Source: Bacillota bacterium (lineage in GTDB: Bacteria > Bacillota > Limnochordia > DTU080 > JAAYLA01). Taken from it: a stretch of DNA of 43,066 nucleotides. The stretch spans positions 1 to 43,066 of the forward strand of contig JAAYLA010000376.1 of assembly GCA_012522135.1 (NCBI GenBank). Reading direction: 5' to 3'. The position numbers and the translations under genes were made by a program. The stretch's first letter is position 1. Every line of letters begins with the position of its first letter. Below are positions 36,073 to 43,066 of the stretch, piece by piece. The notes below the pieces were generated by a model. It was not told the DNA's origin, made no database searches, and saw nothing but the letters and a program-made list of their open reading frames with translations.

Positions 36073-36115
36073 AAAGGCGAACGTTTTGGTTGTGAATCAC
36101 AAAATGTTCGTCTTT
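36073..36115. promoter_or_regulatory. Inverted pair of PurR boxes (Bacillota PRPP-sensing PurR)
   Basis: AAAGGCGAACGTTTT and reverse-complement AAAGACGAACATTTT (GAAC-N23-GTTC) versus consensus AWWWCCGAACWWT. Extra boxes at 36009-36021 and 36121-36133. Confidence 0.7.
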
Positions 36116-36228
36116 GCAGGTTTCCCGAACACCCCTGTTGAAACCGCAACGACGACACCGGCTGCCGCCAGCGCAAGGCACGGGCGCCGGCACCGGTTCA
36201 CACGTTCGCACGGAAAGGTGATGCAGCG

Positions 36229-36723
36229 GTGGAAACCTCTCGCCCGCTAGTGGGTGTGATCATGGGCAGCGTGTCGGACTGGGAGACCATGTCCCACACC
36301 TGTGCTATTTTGGACGAGCTCGCAATCCCGTACGAAAAACGTGTCGTGTCGGCGCACCGCACGCCGGACGAGATGTTCCGCTACGCGGAAACGGCCGCGC
36401 AGCGTGGGCTTGAGGTCATCGTGGCCGGCGCCGGCGGTGCGGCCCACTTGCCGGGCATGGTCGCCACGAAGACCTTGCTCCCGGTGATCGGGGTGCCGGT
36501 GAAGTCATCAGTTCTCTCCGGCTGGGACTCGCTCCTTTCCATCGTGCAAATGCCGGGAGGCGTTCCCGTCGCGACAATGGCGATAGGACGCGCGGGTGCT
36601 GTCAACGCCGGTCTTTTCGCGGCCCGCATTTTGGGCACGAAGTACCCGGCCGTCGCGGAAAGGCTGGAGGCTTACCGCGCCGCCATGCACCGCCGGGTCG
36701 TCGAGGAGGCTGGGCTGCCGTGA
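36229..36723 (+). CDS. purE: N5-CAIR mutase
   Basis: [37 protein letters not shown]. Confidence 0.97.
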   Translation: METSRPLVGVIMGSVSDWETMSHTCAILDELAIPYEKRVVSAHRTPDEMFRYAETAAQRGLEVIVAGAGGAAHLPGMVATKTLLPVIGVPVKSSVLSGWDSLLSIVQMPGGVPVATMAIGRAGAVNAGLFAARILGTKYPAVAERLEAYRAAMHRRVVEEAGLP

Positions 36724-37874
36724 CCGTGCCTCTACCCCCCGGAGCGACCATCGGCATGCTCGGCAGCGGACAGCTCGGACGGATGTCGGGTCAGGCGGCA
36801 CGACGGCTCGGTTACCGGCTCATCGTCCTTTCGCCCGACGAAGATGCGCCCGCTAGCCACGTCGCCGACCGCACGATCGTGTCGCCGTTGGACGATGCCG
36901 CCGGCTACCGCGCCATCGCGCCCTTATGCGACGTCCTCACGTACGAGTTCGAGAACGTCGTGGCAAAGCCTTTGCTAGACATCGCAGCCTACGTGCCCGT
37001 CTATCCGCGGCCCGCTATTTTGGACACGGTGCGGCACAGGCTGCGGGAGAAAGAGGCGGTGCGGGCCTTAGGCGTGCCGACCGCCGACTTCGTCCCGGTA
37101 CGCTGCCCGGAGGATCTGAAGAAGGCCCTGGACCAGTTCGGAAAAGGCGTCCTCAAGCGCGCTCTCGGCGGCTACGACGGGAAAGGCCAGCGCGTCGTGT
37201 GGAAAGGTCAAGACGCCGAGGAGGTATACCGGGAACTCGCGCCTGACGGCGCGGAGCTCATTTTTGAGGAGTTCGTCCCCTTCGTGCGGGAGCTGTCGGT
37301 GATCGTGGCCCGCAGCGTGGACGGCCGGGTCGTGACGTATCCCTGCACGGAAAACATCCACCGCCGGGGCATCCTGCACCTTTCCATCGCGCCGGCCCGC
37401 ACCGCCGCGGACCGTGCGGCGAAAGCGCGGCACATGGCGGCCCGCCTTGCGGAAGGACTCGATCTTGTAGGCGTCATGGGCGTGGAGCTTTTCGAAACCG
37501 ACGAGGGACTGCTCGTAAACGAACTCGCGCCTCGCCCCCACAACTCGGGCCACTACACCCTCGATGCATGCTACACTTCCCAGTTCGAACAGCACATCCG
37601 GGCCGTGGCGGGGCTTCCCCTGGGCGATCCGTCCCTGCACACGCCTGCCGTCATGCTGAATCTGCTCGGACAGCACATGGAAAGTTTGGGCCGGCACCTC
37701 GCGACGATCCTGCGCGATCCCTTGCTCAAGCTGCACGTCTACGGTAAGCGGGAGGCACGGCCGGGACGCAAGATGGCCCATCTCACCGCCTTAGGAAGCA
37801 GTGTGGAAGAGGCGTGCGCGCGGCTCGAGAGGGTGTGGCCGTTGCTGCGCGCCGGCGACGAACCGCTCATTTGA
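36720..37874 (+). CDS. purK: N5-CAIR synthase
   Basis: [41 protein letters not shown]. Confidence 0.97.
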   Translation: MTVPLPPGATIGMLGSGQLGRMSGQAARRLGYRLIVLSPDEDAPASHVADRTIVSPLDDAAGYRAIAPLCDVLTYEFENVVAKPLLDIAAYVPVYPRPAILDTVRHRLREKEAVRALGVPTADFVPVRCPEDLKKALDQFGKGVLKRALGGYDGKGQRVVWKGQDAEEVYRELAPDGAELIFEEFVPFVRELSVIVARSVDGRVVTYPCTENIHRRGILHLSIAPARTAADRAAKARHMAARLAEGLDLVGVMGVELFETDEGLLVNELAPRPHNSGHYTLDACYTSQFEQHIRAVAGLPLGDPSLHTPAVMLNLLGQHMESLGRHLATILRDPLLKLHVYGKREARPGRKMAHLTALGSSVEEACARLERVWPLLRAGDEPLI

Positions 37875-37895
37875 CGCCGGGATGCGCCGCCCTCG

Positions 37896-39131
37896 TCAGC
37901 CTGCCCGCGCGTGGATGGCTTTCAGCGCGGACGGCGACTGGACATGGTAGAAGGTGATGCCGGGCGCGAGGGGCTTGTGCAAGTACTCCTTATGTACGGG
38001 GTCGAGGCCGACGATGATCACGATAAGATAAAATCCTTGCCGGCGAAGGCGCAACAGCGTGTCGATCAGCCGCGGCGAGTCGACGGGCGTTATGAGGATG
38101 AGCGTCGCGCCCCAGCTAAGCCGCGGCGTCGTCTCGGAAAGGAGCTGCGGCAGTGTGATGCTGGGCACGCACTCGATCGTCGCGAGTACCTCAAGGATCT
38201 CGGTCAGCCCTCCGCTGCCTTTGCGCGACTGTACGAAGACCGTTTGGTCCTTCTGACCCGGTACCGCTCCGTTGGTCACAAGGCCCACGCTCTGGCGGTC
38301 GCGCACGAGGGCGTAACCGATGGACGCCGCCGCTTCGATTGCCAGTTCGGAGTAGTACTCGAGCAGATGCAGCTCGTACTCCGCTTCGTTGAGATTGAGG
38401 TAAATGAACGCGTCGACGGCGATAGTAGGCTGGTATTCGCGCACGTACAGCTCCCCCGCCCGTGCCGACACCTTCCAATGGATGCTCTTGTACGGGTCAC
38501 CGGCTTGGTAGGGACGGGTCCCGATCGTGTGGGCGGGATCGTCGAAAAAGCGGGTCGGCGTTTGAACCTCGCCGAACGGCAGGGACGAGGGCAACCCGAG
38601 GTCTTCCAGGGCGTGGATACGAGGGTACACGATCAAACCGCTCTGCAGCGTCGACGTGCCGCGCAGGTGTGCGAGGCCGAAGGCGTCGCCGGCTTCCAGA
38701 TGGAGCGGACCGAACTTGTGCAAGCCGCGCCGGCGCGCCACCACGCCGTACGTCCAGCCCTTTCTCTCACGAGGGCCCAAGGACAGCACGGCGCGGCGCG
38801 GCGACACCACGTTGACCAAATGCGTGACTTCATCGCTCACCAAAAGCCAGACGACCGGAAGGCGCGAAGGGTTCGTGACGGAGACGGTGACGTCGATGCG
38901 TTCGCCGACAAATGCCCGCTCCGCGCTCAGGTCCCGGGTAAACTGCAGCGCGGCGAAGCTGCGGTTGGCGATGTACCGGGAAAGGAAGTAGGTCGCCACC
39001 GAGGCATACAGCATCACGTAAAGCACCTTACCCCGGAGAAACAGGGCGGCGATGAGGAGGATCCAGATGCCGGCGCGCCACAGCGCCTCGATGCTGCGTC
39101 CCGTCGTTGCCCCGTCCCGCGCCTGCGCCAT
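37896..39131 (-). CDS. DUF58-domain protein (VWA-like, usually MoxR-associated)
   Basis: N-terminal TM hairpin; RRG..FGP...GDAFGL, VYP, RPYQAGD..SIHWKVSAR.GELYVREY. Confidence 0.88.
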   Translation of the reverse strand: MAQARDGATTGRSIEALWRAGIWILLIAALFLRGKVLYVMLYASVATYFLSRYIANRSFAALQFTRDLSAERAFVGERIDVTVSVTNPSRLPVVWLLVSDEVTHLVNVVSPRRAVLSLGPRERKGWTYGVVARRRGLHKFGPLHLEAGDAFGLAHLRGTSTLQSGLIVYPRIHALEDLGLPSSLPFGEVQTPTRFFDDPAHTIGTRPYQAGDPYKSIHWKVSARAGELYVREYQPTIAVDAFIYLNLNEAEYELHLLEYYSELAIEAAASIGYALVRDRQSVGLVTNGAVPGQKDQTVFVQSRKGSGGLTEILEVLATIECVPSITLPQLLSETTPRLSWGATLILITPVDSPRLIDTLLRLRRQGFYLIVIIVGLDPVHKEYLHKPLAPGITFYHVQSPSALKAIHARAG

Positions 39132-39174
39132 GCTGCACCCCTCCGAGAATCCGCCCGCTTTGGCCAAACCTTTC

Positions 39175-40128
39175 CTACTGGTTCGCCTCCGGCCGGGTAG
39201 GTTCCTGTCTCGCGGTTCGACGCGGGTGCGCTGCGCCGATCAGCTCCGCATAGCTTAAGCCCGTCTCTTCGACGTACCGCTCCAGGCCGGCGAGGACGTC
39301 GAGGGCAGCCGTGGGCCGGATGAAATTCGCCGTGCCCACCGCCACCGCGCGGGCACCCGCGAGGACGAACTCGGCCGCATCCGCCCCGTCCATGATGCCG
39401 CCCATACCAATGAGGGGCACCCGTACGGCTTCGTACACCTGCCACACCATGCGCACGGCTAGCGGCCGGATGGCGGGGCCCGACAGCCCTCCGAACACGT
39501 TTGCCAGAACGGGTTTGCGCCGGCGGATATCGATGGCCATGCCGAGAAACGTGTTGACCAAGGAAATCGCGTCGGCGCCGGCATCTTCTACGGCCCGGGC
39601 CATTTGGGCGATGTCGGTCACGTTGGGCGAAAGCTTCGGGATAACGGGCAGGTGCGTCGCCCTTTTGACTGCCTCCACCACTCGGGCCGCCGCCCGCGGG
39701 TCGCTGCCGAACTGGATGCCGCCTTCCTTGATGTTCGGGCAGGAGATATTGATTTCCAAGGCGTCGATCCCTCCGGCGGCGCTCAAACGGGCCGCGACGT
39801 CTGCGTACTCTTCCACCGACCGCCCGATGATGTTCACGATGATACGGGTGTCAAACCCGCGCAGCCACGGCAGATCGACCTCCAGGAAATAGTCGACCCC
39901 GGGATTTTGCAGGCCGATGGCGTTCAGCATCCCCGACGGCGTTTCGACGATGCGCGGCACGGGGTTTCCCGTCCACGGCTCGCTGGAGACCCCCTTGACC
40001 ATGACCGCGCCGAGCCGGGACAAGTCGAAAAACTCGGCGTACTCCCTGCCGTAGCCGAAGGTGCCGGAGGCCACCATGACGGGATTTTTCAACTCCATGC
40101 CGGCGATTTCGATGCTCAGATCAACCAT
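39175..40128 (-). CDS. pyrD: Dihydroorotate dehydrogenase family 1B, catalytic subunit
   Basis: [42 protein letters not shown]. Confidence 0.97.
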   Translation of the reverse strand: MVDLSIEIAGMELKNPVMVASGTFGYGREYAEFFDLSRLGAVMVKGVSSEPWTGNPVPRIVETPSGMLNAIGLQNPGVDYFLEVDLPWLRGFDTRIIVNIIGRSVEEYADVAARLSAAGGIDALEINISCPNIKEGGIQFGSDPRAAARVVEAVKRATHLPVIPKLSPNVTDIAQMARAVEDAGADAISLVNTFLGMAIDIRRRKPVLANVFGGLSGPAIRPLAVRMVWQVYEAVRVPLIGMGGIMDGADAAEFVLAGARAVAVGTANFIRPTAALDVLAGLERYVEETGLSYAELIGAAHPRRTARQEPTRPEANQ

Positions 40129-40912
40129 GGCCGTACACCTCTTCCGCCCAAAAGACCGGCCCTTCCCTGCACACCCTCTGGTACTGCACGCCGCCTTCCG
40201 TGCGCACCGGCAGCACGCAGGACAAACACGCGCCGACGCCGCAGCCCATCGCTTCTTCGAAGGCGAGTTGACAAGGCACGCCGGCCCGGCAAGCGATGCG
40301 GGCGACGGCCTCGAGCATCGGCCGCGGGCCGCACGCGTAAAGGCCGTCCCACTCGTTTCTGTTCAGTTGGTTCTCCAAAAGATCGGTGACGAATCCGCGA
40401 TGGCCCAAGCTGCCGTCGTCGGTCGCCACCTCCGCCTCGATGCCCAGCGCCGCAAACTCGGTCCAGCCGAAAGCGAGCCCGGCCTCGGCAAAGCCGAGGA
40501 GCGCCTTCATTTCTGCTTGACCTTGCCAAGTTTGGGCGAGAAAAAGCAGGGGCGGAACCCCGACGCCTCCCCCGACGAGGAGAAGCCGCCTTGCCTCCGG
40601 GACCTTCACGAAGCCCCTGCCTAAAGGTCCGAGGACGTCGATGTCGTCGCCCGGGCGAAGGCGTGCGAGCGCCTCCGTGCCGCGCCCGACGACACGGTAC
40701 ACGATGCTCCAATCGCCGTTCGCAAAGCGCCGGTACAGGCTGAAGGGCCGGCGCAGCAGAGGATCCCAGCTTCCCGGCCTCGCGACCCGCACGTTGATGA
40801 ACTGTCCGGGCTGGACGGCGTCTAACGCGGGGTGGTGGGCCGCGATGAGCTCGTAGTGCCCAGCTGCCACCGGCCGCTGGGCGACGACTGCGGTTACGAA
40901 CGTCTCAGCCAC
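40121..40912 (-). CDS. pyrK: Dihydroorotate dehydrogenase electron transfer subunit
   Basis: [32 protein letters not shown]...VCREGPVF. Confidence 0.96.
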   Translation of the reverse strand: MAETFVTAVVAQRPVAAGHYELIAAHHPALDAVQPGQFINVRVARPGSWDPLLRRPFSLYRRFANGDWSIVYRVVGRGTEALARLRPGDDIDVLGPLGRGFVKVPEARRLLLVGGGVGVPPLLFLAQTWQGQAEMKALLGFAEAGLAFGWTEFAALGIEAEVATDDGSLGHRGFVTDLLENQLNRNEWDGLYACGPRPMLEAVARIACRAGVPCQLAFEEAMGCGVGACLSCVLPVRTEGGVQYQRVCREGPVFWAEEVYGHG

Positions 40913-41837
40913 CGGCTTTCCCTCCCCACGCTGCGGGCAGCTTGCCGCCTTCGTCGAGCGCCCGGTTGATGGCAGCCCTAGCCTCTTGCGCTGCACGCGC
41001 CTGTGCCTCGTGGGGTCTTAGGTGGGGCGCCTTTTCGTATGCGTACATAATTGCACGGGATGAGTTGATGAGCGCGCCGTAGCCCTGCTCGTCGAAGGCA
41101 GGCACCACATCCCGAGCCGCGGCACCTTGGGCGCCGAAACCGGGGACGAGAAAAAGCGTGCTCGGCATCAACGAGCGGAGCCGGGCCAGCTCCTCCGGAT
41201 ACGTCGCGCCCACTACCGCGCCGACCGCCCCGAAGCCGCGATCGCCTTTTTCGTCGTTCCAGCTTTCCACCGCCAGGCCGACGTGCTCGAAAACGGGCCG
41301 GCCGGCCGCCACCAGGTCTTGAAACCGGCCCGAGGAAGGATTTGACGTTTTCACCAGGACGAAAATGCCCCTGCCCCTGTCGCGGCAGCGGGCGATGAAC
41401 GGCTTGATCCCGTCCTCGCCTAAGTACGGATTGACGGTCAGGGCATCGGCGGCCAGGGGGCCGTCCTCCAAATATGCTGTTGCGTACGCCTCGGCCGTAG
41501 AACCGATATCGTTTCGCTTGCCGTCGGCGATGACGATCAGGTCTTTCGCCCGGGCGGCTGCGACGATCCGCTCTAAAGCCCGCAGTCCGTGCGACCCGTA
41601 CCGTTCGAAGTAGGCCAGCTGGGGTTTCACCGCCACCGCGTAATCGGCTGTCGCTTCGATCAGCTCCAGGCCGAAGCAGGTAAGGGCGCGCTCTGCCACC
41701 TCGAGATAGGTGCCTCCGGCCGCTTCAGCCTGCTGCAAAATCTCCCGGGGCAATCGCTCGAGACTCGGGTCGATGCCCACCACGAGAACGCTCCGTTTCC
41801 GGTCGACAGCAGCCAACACACGATCCGCAAACATCAT
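40905..41837 (-). CDS. pyrF: Orotidine-5'-phosphate decarboxylase (long, subfamily-2 type)
   Basis: VGIDP, KPQLAYFE, DGKRNDIGST, TVNPYLG, KTSNP, VVGAT, PGFGAQG, NSSR. Confidence 0.95.
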   Translation of the reverse strand: MMFADRVLAAVDRKRSVLVVGIDPSLERLPREILQQAEAAGGTYLEVAERALTCFGLELIEATADYAVAVKPQLAYFERYGSHGLRALERIVAAARAKDLIVIADGKRNDIGSTAEAYATAYLEDGPLAADALTVNPYLGEDGIKPFIARCRDRGRGIFVLVKTSNPSSGRFQDLVAAGRPVFEHVGLAVESWNDEKGDRGFGAVGAVVGATYPEELARLRSLMPSTLFLVPGFGAQGAAARDVVPAFDEQGYGALINSSRAIMYAYEKAPHLRPHEAQARAAQEARAAINRALDEGGKLPAAWGGKAGG

Positions 41838-41842
41838 TTCGC

Positions 41843-43066
41843 CTACCTTCCCGCCTCGTACTGCACCCGGCCACCGATGACCGTGGCCCGCACCTTGCCC
41901 GTAAGCTCGACGCCGAGGAACGGATGGTTCGCGGCCCGGGACGCCTGTTCCTCCCGGGTCGGCGTCCATTGGCGGGCGGGATCGAAGACGACCAGGTCCG
42001 CAGGTGCCCCTTCCTGAACGCCGGCATACGCCAGGTTGAACGCCTTGGCGGGGCTGGAGGTCAGTCTCCGAAGGAGCGTGCCCTCCTCGATAAGGCCCGG
42101 CCGCACGAGCTCCGACCAAAGCGCGGCGAAGGCATGCTCCGCTCCGGCCGCGCCGAAGGGAGCAAAGTCGAACTCAACTACTTTTTCTTCACTTGTGTAA
42201 GGGGTGTGATCCGTGACGATGGCATCGATCACTCCGCTGCGCACCCCTTCGATGAGGGCCCGCCGGTCGTCATCGCTTCCCAAAGGTGGCCACACCTTGA
42301 GCGACGTGTCGTACGAGCCGAGGGATTCGTCGGTACGCACAAGGTGCAGCCAGCTCACTTCGGCCGTCACGTTCCATCCTTGCGCCTTCGCCTCGGCGAT
42401 GCGGGCGACCGCCTTGGCCGTGGCGACCCGCTGTACGTGCAGCCGTCCTTCGGTTAGCCGGGCGAGCAAGAGATCGCGCAGGAGCATGGCTTCCTCCGCC
42501 TCGGCCGGCATCGCCCGCAGGCCGTAGACCGTCGGGTAATAGCCTTCCCACGCCGATGCGTTGCGGGAAAGGTACGGATCGACGGCGTCCGTCAAGAGGG
42601 GTACGCCCCACGGACGCAGGTAAAGTAGCGCCCGCCGCACAAGGCTCGTGTCGTGCACCGGCCGGCTGTCGCCGATGGCTACAGCGCCCGCTTCGGCTAG
42701 CTCTCCCCATTCCGTCGGTTCCTCCCCCTTGCGCGCCAACGTCAGGCACGCCGCGGGAAAAAGCCGAAGCGGCAGTGTCTCGCTGCGGGCGAGGAGCATG
42801 CGCACGTCGGCGGCATACTGCCTAGGCGGATCGGTATCGGGCATGACGATGGCCGTGCCGAATCCGCCGCGCACTAAGGCCCTCGCCAGACTATCCAGAC
42901 TCTCACGGGGCTCGTGGCCGGGCTCGCCCGCATGGACGTGCAGATCGATCAGTGCCGGAAAAACGACACATCCCGACGCATCGACTACCTGCTCCGCCTC
43001 CGTTTCCAACTCCGGGGCGATTGCCGCGATCTTTCCGTCCCGGCACAAAACGTCCAACACGTCGTC
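41843..43066 (-). CDS. pyrC: Dihydroorotase-like protein, probably catalytically inactive (PyrC'); 5' end off the window
   Basis: Amidohydrolase fold motifs DLHVH, GGF, PPL, TDH, PAK, ADLVVFD, in a pyr cluster; several active-site residues substituted. Confidence 0.85.
   Translation of the reverse strand, partial: DDVLDVLCRDGKIAAIAPELETEAEQVVDASGCVVFPALIDLHVHAGEPGHEPRESLDSLARALVRGGFGTAIVMPDTDPPRQYAADVRMLLARSETLPLRLFPAACLTLARKGEEPTEWGELAEAGAVAIGDSRPVHDTSLVRRALLYLRPWGVPLLTDAVDPYLSRNASAWEGYYPTVYGLRAMPAEAEEAMLLRDLLLARLTEGRLHVQRVATAKAVARIAEAKAQGWNVTAEVSWLHLVRTDESLGSYDTSLKVWPPLGSDDDRRALIEGVRSGVIDAIVTDHTPYTSEEKVVEFDFAPFGAAGAEHAFAALWSELVRPGLIEEGTLLRRLTSSPAKAFNLAYAGVQEGAPADLVVFDPARQWTPTREEQASRAANHPFLGVELTGKVRATVIGGRVQYEAGR

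Noticed and set aside
36090-36102. Rex operator
   Set aside because: Half-sites resemble Rex, but the spacing does not fit TTGTGAA-N4-TTCACAA.

Overview
GC-rich chromosomal window from an endospore-forming Bacillota (Firmicutes). A Limnochordia-like lineage is a guess from GC content, spo0A and gene order. Most of the window is conserved housekeeping synteny, mainly on the minus strand: pyrC'-pyrF-pyrK-pyrD-DUF58; purE-purK divergent from purB-purL-purM-purN-purH-purD; rqcH; TPR-yloB; yicC-mihF-remA-gmk-rpoZ-priA-def-fmt-yugP-rsmB-spo0A-like; tRNA-Pro; rlmN-stp-(rodA::pbpA)-pknB-rsgA-rpe; rpmB and fakA. The stand-out element is a 482-nt non-coding minus-strand segment (3218->2737). It has a near-consensus sigma-A promoter, an 18-bp terminal helix, many internal hairpins and motifs that resemble OLE RNA as I recall it. 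It is shorter than typical OLE RNA, lies outside the usual ole-oapA locus, and is followed directly by an orphan MinD/ParA/CpaE-like ATPase, making it a candidate new RNA-ATPase module. Other oddities: a natural SEDS-bPBP fusion with a degenerate QPSE motif, a Spo0A with an altered recognition helix, a pseudo-dihydroorotase, an actinobacterial-type IHF, pur/pyr clusters lacking amidotransferase genes, and several candidate small regulatory RNAs. No CRISPR array, prophage or intact transposase was seen. Start codons were re-called by eye from RBS position and homology.
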